Source of the DNA: Bryobacteraceae bacterium
GTDB lineage: Bacteria; Acidobacteriota; Terriglobia; Bryobacterales; Bryobacteraceae
Length of the DNA stretch: 64,000 bases
Assembly (NCBI GenBank): GCA_050789245.1
Contig: JBOZRR010000029.1
Coordinates: forward strand, 5,556-69,555
Direction: 5' to 3'
Positions 38,682 through 45,935 of this stretch are shown here, piece by piece. The notes under the pieces are model-generated. The model did no database searches. It was not told the DNA's origin and saw only the letters and a program-made list of their open reading frames with translations. The position numbers and the translations under genes were made by a program. Every line of letters begins with the position of its first letter. Position 1 is the stretch's first letter.

Positions 38682-40388
38682 GTGGAAGCCCAAGCACTGC
38701 ACCTGCATAGCTACTTCCTGTTCCCGTTTTCGGTGGACAAGGAACTGGTGATGCAGGACCACCAGAAGGTTTGGGACGAGTCGTCGCATTGGATCGACGG
38801 GCTGGACGAGTGGATCGCGGATCACGGGCACGCGGCGGGGTCGCCGGTGGCGGGGAAGCTGGGGCGGTGGCAACGCGATTCCTACAAGCGTTTCGACATG
38901 GACTCGTTCGCTTACCAGGACATGGTGTTCTTCCACAGCTTCGTGCGGCGGGTGTTCTTCGACACGGGCGAGGCGTTCAGCTCGACGTACGCCGGCGAGT
39001 CTCTGGTGCGCTGCTACATCATCCCTCTGACGGCGTTGCAGGAGACGGGACGGAAGCTGATGCTGGAGGCCGAGGATGCGCGGGGGCGTACGGCGGCGGT
39101 CCACATCACGGATCTGCGGCTGTTTCTGTTCGCGAACGGGATCGGGATTCTGACGATCGGGGTGGATGCGTTCCACCTGCCGGTGTCCCAGGCTCTGTGG
39201 ATCAACGAGATGATGCGCAAGGTGTACCCGTCGAGCGGGCGCCAGTTGCGCGAAGGGCGGACGCCCAATCTGGTGCGGCTGAAGCTGGAGGGCGGCGGGG
39301 AGCCGCAGGTGCTGGTGGAGGAGCAGTTCCAGAGCTGTGTGATGCGCAGCTTCGCGCCGCCGCTATCGAAAGTGATTACCGAGCTTCTGTACTTCGCGAA
39401 CTACGCGAAGCAGGAGTTCGAGCCGGTGCTGGACGAGCGGATGATCGTCTACACGTATCTGAGCGTGGATCCGGCTTCGGTGGACGCGGACTACGACCAG
39501 TCAGAAGAGTACGAAATCCTGATGTCGCGCCTGCTGTATGTGGACCGCTTCGGCGAGGGGTACCGCTATGAGAGCGACTTCACGCGCGACCAGATGCGGC
39601 AGCACGTCTACCGGCGATGGGCGCACCAGGGCACGCTGTACGGGTTCACGTCGTATTCGAACGTGACGCTGACGATGGGGCGGTTCGACTGCGACGAACA
39701 CCAGTTGAGGGAAGGCTTCCTGGTGCACCGCATGTTCATGTCGCGGTACTACCTGACGGTAATGGTCGCGCTGTTCTATCGCGCGACGCTGCTGGACTTT
39801 TCCGAGAGGACGGCGCTGGTGTCGCGGCTGTTGTACAAGAAGTACGGCACAGTGGACATCGAGGAACGGGACATCCGGCTGGTGGGCAACATCATGGCGG
39901 AGTTCCAGCACTTCTCGAACTATTGGTATTTCTCGGAGCTGGCGAACAAGGACGAGGAGATCGAGCACTTCCAGATGCAGTGCACGGCGTACCGCCTGGA
40001 TCCGATGAAGCGCGAGATCGAGCAGGAGATCGAGAAGCTGTCGAACTACCTGGACCGGGTGTTCCAGTTGAGGAACACGGAATCGATCAACCGGTTGGCG
40101 ATGCTCTCGATGATCCTGGGCGCTGGCGCGATGGTGACCGGGTTCTTCGGGATGAACTTCGGGCGGACGTTCGAGGAGATGTTCTTCAACCCGAAGAACG
40201 TGATCTGGCCGCACTCGACGGCGATCTTCGCGGTGACGACGATCGTGGTGGGGTCGATGCTGTTCGCGGTGTTCCTGGTGATGTCGAACTGGACCGACTA
40301 CCGGTCGATTTTGCTGCCAGAGAAGAGAAGGCCGCAGACGGAGAGCCTGAGGCGGACGCTGGAGAAGGTGGAGCAGGAGGAGGAGTAG
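38682..40388 (+). CDS. CorA-superfamily protein: unassigned ~480-aa N-terminal region + C-terminal 2-TM GMN pore
   Basis: C-terminus LAMLSMILGAGAMVTGFFGMNFG, then a second TM IFAVTTIVVGSMLFAVFLV. The N-terminal region has no motif I recognise. The start is ambiguous: GTG 38682 (coding-like codons follow) or ATG 38751. The track start at 38544 overlaps the SDR gene. Confidence 0.7.
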   Translation: MEAQALHLHSYFLFPFSVDKELVMQDHQKVWDESSHWIDGLDEWIADHGHAAGSPVAGKLGRWQRDSYKRFDMDSFAYQDMVFFHSFVRRVFFDTGEAFSSTYAGESLVRCYIIPLTALQETGRKLMLEAEDARGRTAAVHITDLRLFLFANGIGILTIGVDAFHLPVSQALWINEMMRKVYPSSGRQLREGRTPNLVRLKLEGGGEPQVLVEEQFQSCVMRSFAPPLSKVITELLYFANYAKQEFEPVLDERMIVYTYLSVDPASVDADYDQSEEYEILMSRLLYVDRFGEGYRYESDFTRDQMRQHVYRRWAHQGTLYGFTSYSNVTLTMGRFDCDEHQLREGFLVHRMFMSRYYLTVMVALFYRATLLDFSERTALVSRLLYKKYGTVDIEERDIRLVGNIMAEFQHFSNYWYFSELANKDEEIEHFQMQCTAYRLDPMKREIEQEIEKLSNYLDRVFQLRNTESINRLAMLSMILGAGAMVTGFFGMNFGRTFEEMFFNPKNVIWPHSTAIFAVTTIVVGSMLFAVFLVMSNWTDYRSILLPEKRRPQTESLRRTLEKVEQEEE

Positions 40389-40392
40389 GGGG

Positions 40393-40587
40393 TTAGTCTT
40401 CCTCGAGCGGGACCTTTCTAACGACTCTTTGCAGGCGGCGGGCATTCGGGTCGTCGGGGTCCAGGCTCTGCTCGACGAGGGTATAGAGGATTTCCAGGCG
40501 CTGCTCAGGAGTCAGCGAGCGGTAATACTCGATGTCGGCTTCTTCGGCCTCCTGGTGGGAGCGGTACTTTCGGACAACCTTCTCCAC
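40393..40587 (-). CDS. small 64-aa protein, copy 1 (putative antitoxin-like partner; nucleotidyltransferase partner lost)
   Basis: GTG start. VEKVVRKYRSHQEAEEADIEYYRSLTPEQRLEILYTLVEQSLDP. The first 44 codons are nearly identical in DNA to copy 2. Confidence 0.55.
   Translation of the reverse strand: MEKVVRKYRSHQEAEEADIEYYRSLTPEQRLEILYTLVEQSLDPDDPNARRLQRVVRKVPLEED
40456..40587. repeat. 132-bp direct repeat, copy 1
   Basis: Matches 41818..41949 with 2 mismatches by manual alignment. It begins exactly at the GTG start codon of the small ORF. Confidence 0.85.
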
Positions 40588-40632
40588 CGTCTGATTGTAT
40601 GCCGAGGGCTCGAAAGCAATCGAGGCCGTAGG

Positions 40633-41247
40633 TCAAAGTTGAGGGTTGCCGGATTGCCCAATCGTCCAAAACAACGCGCCCTCGCCACGATATGCTTCGA
40701 CGACCAAGCCCGTAATCCCAGCGACCAAGCTCCTGGGTGGAGGGTTGTGGAGTTTGTCCTCAAGCCAGCGCAGCGGATCTTCAGATTGCGTCTCCAGGAG
40801 CGCGCCGACCAGGAACGGACTCTCGGCGAGCACCAGCGCATCGTTGATTTCGTCCGGCCTTTCGCTGCCGCCGTGAAGCACCACTAGCTTGTCGTAGTAG
40901 TCGTCCGCGCAGCCAACGATCTGCATCGCATGAACGTGGACGCCGCATTTGGCCAGACGGGTGTGCGTGGCATTCAATCCGAAGATCGCAATGTTTCCGA
41001 TCTCCCGGTGGATGTGACGGAGGATAAAACTCTCCTCTTCACGAAAGGCGGTCAGGTCTTCGAACCCGCCAAGGACTGCCGCGGTCAAATCGGATGCGTC
41101 GGATGGAGGGCACTCAGCAGGTAAGAAGGTGAAAGTGTGCCCTTGCTCCAGCGGCAGAGATCCGATGGATTCCCAGAAGGCCCCTCCCAGACTGAGCGTT
41201 TTCCGGATGTAGCCGGAATCGACGTTTCCAAACCAGTGCAGCGGCAT
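40633..41247 (-). CDS. hypothetical protein (204 aa)
   Basis: Coding-like ORF between the two repeat copies. No signal peptide and no recognised motif. Confidence 0.5.
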   Translation of the reverse strand: MPLHWFGNVDSGYIRKTLSLGGAFWESIGSLPLEQGHTFTFLPAECPPSDASDLTAAVLGGFEDLTAFREEESFILRHIHREIGNIAIFGLNATHTRLAKCGVHVHAMQIVGCADDYYDKLVVLHGGSERPDEINDALVLAESPFLVGALLETQSEDPLRWLEDKLHNPPPRSLVAGITGLVVEAYRGEGALFWTIGQSGNPQL

Positions 41248-41360
41248 CTCTTCTTTCTGCCTAGTTCACCACGGAGGCGAGTGGTGCAGGCTTCGAGCTC
41301 GGATCTGAGTCTGAGGGGGATATGGATGGGGCTTTACTTCCTCGGCAACCTTCTGGCCAG

Positions 41361-41813
41361 CTAGTCCCCGATGCGCCGGAGGCGCTCCACGTCGGCCAAG
41401 TCTTGGGTACGCCCGGTGGCGAGCTTGTTTCGGATGAGGGTTTCCCGCCCAAGGAAGTGGATCGTCAGCCCGTCAGTCGGACCAGTTGCCTTGTTTTCCC
41501 ACGCCTCGTCGAAGGCGACGCCGGAGATGGACGTGAGAAGGTCGATGCGAAAGGGTGCGACACCGAGTTGGATGATCCGGCCGGCCTGAGTGAAGTCCTC
41601 CGCTGTGAGGCCGAGCGAACCAAATCCGAACTCCACGAGCGCCTTTACGGCGCGAGTGCCATTTGCAAGAGTCGGGCGGATGAGCAGATCGAGATCGCCG
41701 GTGAAACGCGGATGCCCGTGGTGGGCGAGAGCGTGGGCGCCGACGACGATGAAGTCAACTTCGTGAGAGAGGAAGCTTCTTAACAACTCTCTGAAGTCTG
41801 TGGGAAGCGGCAT
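41361..41813 (-). CDS. small nucleotidyltransferase-fold protein (DUF6036-like)
   Basis: DFRELLRSFLSHEVDFIVVGAHALAHHGHPRFTGDLDLLI...IQLGVAPFRIDLLTSISGV matches a pattern recalled from a widespread small NTase-like family. The family name is unverified. Confidence 0.6.
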   Translation of the reverse strand: MPLPTDFRELLRSFLSHEVDFIVVGAHALAHHGHPRFTGDLDLLIRPTLANGTRAVKALVEFGFGSLGLTAEDFTQAGRIIQLGVAPFRIDLLTSISGVAFDEAWENKATGPTDGLTIHFLGRETLIRNKLATGRTQDLADVERLRRIGD

Positions 41814-41949
41814 CTTTGGGGTCCAGGCTCTGCTCGACGAGGGTGTAGAGGATTTCCAGGCGCTGCTCAGGAGTCAGTGAGCGGTAATACTCGATGTCGG
41901 CTTCTTCGGCCTCCTGGTGGGAGCGGTACTTTCGGACAACCTTCTCCAC
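41755..41949 (-). CDS. small 64-aa protein, copy 2 (upstream partner of the nucleotidyltransferase-fold gene)
   Basis: GTG at 41949. Same N-terminal 44 residues as copy 1. The 3' end overlaps the NTase-like gene by 59 nt. It lies inside the spurious 266-aa track ORF. Confidence 0.55.
   Translation of the reverse strand: MEKVVRKYRSHQEAEEADIEYYRSLTPEQRLEILYTLVEQSLDPKDAASHRLQRVVKKLPLSRS
41818..41949. repeat. 132-bp direct repeat, copy 2
   Basis: See 40456..40587. The two copies are spaced 1362 bp apart. Confidence 0.85.
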
Positions 41950-41953
41950 GAAA

Positions 41954-42391
41954 TCATTGTACGACCGAGGCTTCGATGCTCGTGAAGGGCGGTGCAAGGC
42001 GCCCGGTGATGGTGCAGGGGCCGGGGGCGGTGGGGTGCTTGCCGGTGAGGCGGAAGGCACCGGTGGGGATGCGGAAGGACCAGACGCCGTCGCGGGACGC
42101 GCAGTCGCCGGAGGCTTTGATTTCGGCGCTTTCGACGGTGGTGCCATCTTGGGCGATGACGTCGATGAGGCGCGAGAGGCGGATGCGGTTGTCGGGCAGA
42201 AGGACGATGGCGACGCGGCGGTTTTCGGCGTCCAGGAAGGCCTCTTCGACACCGCGAATGCGCTTGATTCGGGGTTCGAGGGAGGCGAGGCAGGAAGCGC
42301 AGTCAGAGGGCTGGAAGCGAAGGACGACTTCGCGCATCTGGGCGGAAAGCGGCGCGGTGAGGAGGAAAGCCAGGACGAAAGCTCGGGGCAT
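41954..42391 (-). CDS. exported HMA-like (ferredoxin-fold, CxxC) domain protein
   Basis: Signal MPRAFVLAFLLTAPLSAQ. VVLRFQPSDCASCLASLEPRIKRIRGVEEAFLD...VAIVL resembles the heavy-metal-associated beta-alpha-beta-beta-alpha-beta layout. Confidence 0.6.
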   Translation of the reverse strand: MPRAFVLAFLLTAPLSAQMREVVLRFQPSDCASCLASLEPRIKRIRGVEEAFLDAENRRVAIVLLPDNRIRLSRLIDVIAQDGTTVESAEIKASGDCASRDGVWSFRIPTGAFRLTGKHPTAPGPCTITGRLAPPFTSIEASVVQ

Positions 42392-42475
42392 ACAGGACCC
42401 AGGGGCTTGTTTGAGGATATACGGTTTGGTGAGTTGGCGGGACCCGGAGGTCCCGCGCAGGCGTGGACGCCTACC

Positions 42476-43243
42476 CTACGGCGTTGTTCCGGCCAAGGGG
42501 ATGTGTTGGGATCGGAAGTGAGCCAAGATTCGGTCACGGCGGGCGAGAATGGCATCGATCTGCAGGCCGACGAGAAGCCGGCCGAGCTCGGATTTGAGTT
42601 GCTTCTTGTCCAGGGCCTGGAGGGCGGCGAGGAACTGAGGGTCGCAGTTCTGGAGAAGCTCCGGGCGGCGGATTTCGGTATGCCAGCGGAAGGCTCGGGA
42701 GTGGTCGATGAGCCAGAGCTTCCAGTCCTTGTCGATGAGCATATTGTCGAGGTGGCGGTCGGGGTTGCCGATCAGCTCATCGAAGACGCGCATCCGGTCC
42801 ATCTGGGCCTGCCAGGCGGCTTCGTCGGGAGCGGGGATGCTGTCGAACCACTTCTTCGAGGCGGGGAACTGAACGTCGTCGACCCACCACGTGAGCGCGG
42901 AGGAGACGCCGTTGACACGGCGGTCGATAGAGACGGGGACGGAGTCCAGGCCGAGCATGCGGCTGAGGCGGTAGGCGGCGATGTTGCCCTTGTAGGAGTC
43001 CACTCTGTTTCGCTGAACGCGCTCAGCGTTGAGCGGCATGGCGAGGCCGCGGTGGATGGACTGGACGTGGGCGTCGTGGGCGAGGCCGCCGAGCGCGAGT
43101 GAAGCCCGGAGAGAGCCGGTGATGCCTTTGCCGGCGGGACGGGTTCCGATGATCTCCGCGTGATGGAGAAACCGCTCCTGCTCCGCGTCTGGAGGCGCGG
43201 CCAGGAGCGGTGCAAGCGCAAGAACGAGCGCCAGACCGCGCAT
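42476..43243 (-). CDS. exported PI3/PI4-kinase/HipA-like paralogue 1
   Basis: Signal MRGLALVLALAPLLAAP. Core FDELIGNPDRHLDNMLIDKDWKLWLIDHSRAF. The start overlaps the stop of paralogue 2 (TGATG). Confidence 0.75.
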   Translation of the reverse strand: MRGLALVLALAPLLAAPPDAEQERFLHHAEIIGTRPAGKGITGSLRASLALGGLAHDAHVQSIHRGLAMPLNAERVQRNRVDSYKGNIAAYRLSRMLGLDSVPVSIDRRVNGVSSALTWWVDDVQFPASKKWFDSIPAPDEAAWQAQMDRMRVFDELIGNPDRHLDNMLIDKDWKLWLIDHSRAFRWHTEIRRPELLQNCDPQFLAALQALDKKQLKSELGRLLVGLQIDAILARRDRILAHFRSQHIPLAGTTP

Positions 43244-44061
43244 CAGTTAGAGAGACTGGAGGAGGCGACGACCCGAGGCTCGCCGCCGTAGAGCACTTCG
43301 GTTTCACCGCGTTCGGAAACGAGTTGCTCGAAGTGGCGGACGATCTTGTCGCGGCGGGCCATGATGGCATCGATCTGGTAGCTGGCCAGGATGCCCTTCA
43401 TCTCGCGGCCGACCTGCTTCTTGTCGAGAGCCTTGAGGGCCGCGAGCAGACGGCGGTCACAGAACTGCATCCGGGCCGGGTTCTGGAGATCCACGCTCCA
43501 GGTGAAGGCGCGGGTATGGTCGATGAGACGAAGCTGCCAGTCCTTGGTGATGAGCATGTTGCCGGTATTGCGGTCGGGGTTGCCGATGAGCTCGTCGAAG
43601 ACGCGCATGCGGTCGGACTGCTGGCGCCAGGCAAGGGCGTCTGGGGCGAGTGCGCCGGTTTCGAGCCGCTTGGTGCCAGTCATCAGAACGTCGTCAACCC
43701 ACCACGTGACCGCGGCGCGGGTGCCGCGGACGCGGCGCTCGACGGAGACGGGCACCATGCCGAGGCCGAGGAGCCGGTCCAGCTTGTAGGCGGCGATATT
43801 GCCCTGGTATGAGTCGATGAAATTGCGGTTCAGCCACTCCACGAGGCTGCCGCCGGTGTGGACGCGGTGGATGGTCTGGACGTGGGCGTCGTGGGTGAGG
43901 GCGCCGTCGGACAGCGTGATGCGTTTCGACTCCGTGATGCCGCCCGGGGCGGGTTTGGTGGCCGTGATCTCGGCGCCGGCAAGGAAACGTTCCTGGACTT
44001 CGACTGGTGGAGCGGCCAGGGCCAGGAGAGACAGCATCATGGGCGACAGGCTGAAAAGCAT
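43243..44061 (-). CDS. exported PI3/PI4-kinase/HipA-like paralogue 2
   Basis: Signal-like N-terminus. Core FDELIGNPDRNTGNMLITKDWQLRLIDHTRAF. GAGGTG RBS. Confidence 0.75.
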   Translation of the reverse strand: MLFSLSPMMLSLLALAAPPVEVQERFLAGAEITATKPAPGGITESKRITLSDGALTHDAHVQTIHRVHTGGSLVEWLNRNFIDSYQGNIAAYKLDRLLGLGMVPVSVERRVRGTRAAVTWWVDDVLMTGTKRLETGALAPDALAWRQQSDRMRVFDELIGNPDRNTGNMLITKDWQLRLIDHTRAFTWSVDLQNPARMQFCDRRLLAALKALDKKQVGREMKGILASYQIDAIMARRDKIVRHFEQLVSERGETEVLYGGEPRVVASSSLSN

Positions 44062-44136
44062 TCACTGCACCTCAGGAGAGAATGCGTAAATGCCCCCCAG
44101 CCAGGTTCAAAAAATCCCTCCGGACAGACAAGTTTG

Positions 44137-44943
44137 TTACTTGGGTTGCGGTTCGGTGTAGAGGACCGCCGCGTCCCCCTTCTCGGCACAGAGCTTCTGG
44201 AAGTGAGCGACGAGCTTATCGCGCCGGGCGAGCATCGAGTTGATCTGGATGTCTCGCAGCCAGCGGCCGAGCTGGGCCTTCAATTGCTCGCGGGTGAGAG
44301 TCCGCATGGCCTCGAAGAGACGGCGATCACAGCGGGAGAGCCCAGCGGGGTTCTGGAGATCGGGAGAGTAGTCGAAGGCCCGGGTGTGGTCGATGAGGAC
44401 GATGGTCCAATCGTCGAGGATGAGGATATTGCCCCGGTTGCGGTCAGTGTTGCCGATGAGCTCGTCGAAGACTTTCATGCGGGCCGAGGCGCGGGCCCAG
44501 GCGGCCTGGTCCGGCGGAGGGATCTTCTTCTGAATGCGCTCGAGCTCGCGCAACTGGACGTTATCGACCCACCAGGTAACGGCGGCGACGTTGCCGTTGA
44601 TCCTACGCTCGACGGTGACGGGGACCATGTTGAGGCCGAGCATTCGGTCCAGCTTGTAGGCGGCGGCATTGCCCTTCCAGGAATCGATGAAGTTGATCTT
44701 GGGGCCGGTGGCGAGGTCCTTCTTGATGTTGAACTCGTCGATGGCCTGAACGTGGGCGTCGTGGTCGATGGCGCCGTCGCTGAGAGTGACGCGCTGAGAG
44801 TTGGTGATGCCTCCGGGGGCGGAGCGCGTCCTCACGGCCCGAGCGGCGAGCAGGAACTGCTCCTGCTCGGCGTCCTGGGTGGGTAGCGAGGAGGCCGTGG
44901 CGACGAGCGCCACGGACAGCAAGAGACACTTCAGGCTTTTCAT
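44137..44943 (-). CDS. exported PI3/PI4-kinase/HipA-like paralogue 3
   Basis: Signal MKSLKCLLLSVALVATASS. Core FDELIGNTDRNRGNILILDDWTIVLIDHTRAF. AAGGGAGG RBS. Confidence 0.75.
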   Translation of the reverse strand: MKSLKCLLLSVALVATASSLPTQDAEQEQFLLAARAVRTRSAPGGITNSQRVTLSDGAIDHDAHVQAIDEFNIKKDLATGPKINFIDSWKGNAAAYKLDRMLGLNMVPVTVERRINGNVAAVTWWVDNVQLRELERIQKKIPPPDQAAWARASARMKVFDELIGNTDRNRGNILILDDWTIVLIDHTRAFDYSPDLQNPAGLSRCDRRLFEAMRTLTREQLKAQLGRWLRDIQINSMLARRDKLVAHFQKLCAEKGDAAVLYTEPQPK

Positions 44944-44966
44944 GGCGGAGCCTCCCTTGGTTCGAG

Positions 44967-45818
44967 CTACTTGGCGGCGGTGACAGCGAGCGCCGGCTCG
45001 TCGTATAGGACGGCGGCTGCGCCTTTTTCAGAGATCAGCTTCTCAATGTGGGCGACGAGCTTATCGCGCCGGGCGAGGATGGACTCAAGCTGGATGCCGT
45101 TCAGCAGTGGATAAAGCTCCGCGCGAAGCTTGGCGGCGTCGAGGCGCTTGATGCCTTCAAGCAACGAGCGGTCGCAGCGAGTGAGCTTGACGGGATTGAT
45201 GAGGTTCGGGGTGTAATCGAAGGCGCGGGTGTGATCGATGAGGGCGACGGTCCAGTCGTCGAGGATCAGGATATTGCCCTGATTGCGGTCCGTGTTGCCG
45301 ATGAGCTCATCGAAGACACGCATACGGTCCATTTGACGGTTCCAGCGGGCGACGTCGGGCGGGTTCGCGTGCTTCTTGATGCGCTGATCTTCGGTCATCG
45401 CGACTTGGTCCACCCACCAGGTGACGGCGGTGGTCTTACCGCCGAGACGGCGCTGGACGGTGACTGGCGCCATATTGAGGCCGATCATCCGGTCGAGCTT
45501 GTAGGCGGCCACGTTGCCTTTCCAGGAATCGATGAAGTTCAACTTCGTTTGCGCGCCGATCTGACGGGTGCGGGCGTATTCGTCGATGTTCTGGAGATGG
45601 GCGTCGTGGGAGGTGGCGCCGTCAGACATCGTCACCCGAGAGGAGTTGGTAATCCCGCCGGGCGAACCCTTGACTCGGGTGATCTCTGCGGTGAGCAGGA
45701 ATTGGGCCTGTTGCTGGTCGTTCGAAACGTGGAACGGCTGGCTGAAGACCGAACCGGCCGCGAGGATGGCCGTGAACCCCAGCCGTTGAGCGAATCGAAT
45801 CCAATGTTGAATTCTCAT
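44967..45818 (-). CDS. exported PI3/PI4-kinase/HipA-like paralogue 4
   Basis: GAGGAGG RBS 6 nt before ATG 45818 (MRIQHWIRFAQRLGFTAILAAGSVFSQ). Core FDELIGNTDRNQGNILILDDWTVALIDHTRAF. Confidence 0.75.
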   Translation of the reverse strand: MRIQHWIRFAQRLGFTAILAAGSVFSQPFHVSNDQQQAQFLLTAEITRVKGSPGGITNSSRVTMSDGATSHDAHLQNIDEYARTRQIGAQTKLNFIDSWKGNVAAYKLDRMIGLNMAPVTVQRRLGGKTTAVTWWVDQVAMTEDQRIKKHANPPDVARWNRQMDRMRVFDELIGNTDRNQGNILILDDWTVALIDHTRAFDYTPNLINPVKLTRCDRSLLEGIKRLDAAKLRAELYPLLNGIQLESILARRDKLVAHIEKLISEKGAAAVLYDEPALAVTAAK

Positions 45819-45935
45819 CGTCGCCTCCTCTGCAACCATAGGCGAGAATAGGATCGGTTCAGGGGTTAAAGATTTGTGGATATCTTTAGATTGGAGAAGA
45901 AAATACGATTGGCGGCAGCACCCGAGGAAGAAGGG

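Noticed and set aside
39501-40445. 314-aa reverse-strand ORF
   Set aside because: It is antisense to the CorA-like gene and is His/Arg/Pro/Leu/Gln-rich. Only its first ~12 codons are of interest, as a relic of the lost nucleotidyltransferase start (see the repeat finding).
42441-42460. GC hairpin after kinase-like paralogue 1 as a rho-independent terminator
   Set aside because: It has a good 8-bp stem (GCGGGACC/GGTCCCGC) but no downstream U-tract on the transcribed (reverse) strand. It is mentioned in the HMA finding only as a possible attenuator.
41950-42555. N-terminal ~200 codons of the 266-aa reverse-strand track ORF
   Set aside because: This Pro/Ser/Ala-rich frame overlaps the better-supported HMA-like gene in another frame. 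Only the last 64 codons (small ORF copy 2) are supported by the paralogue at 40393..40587.
40393-45935. Direct repeat of the ssrA 3' end, integrase or transposase that would define a bounded island
   Set aside because: I scanned the segment by eye and found none. The island idea is kept only as a low-confidence finding.
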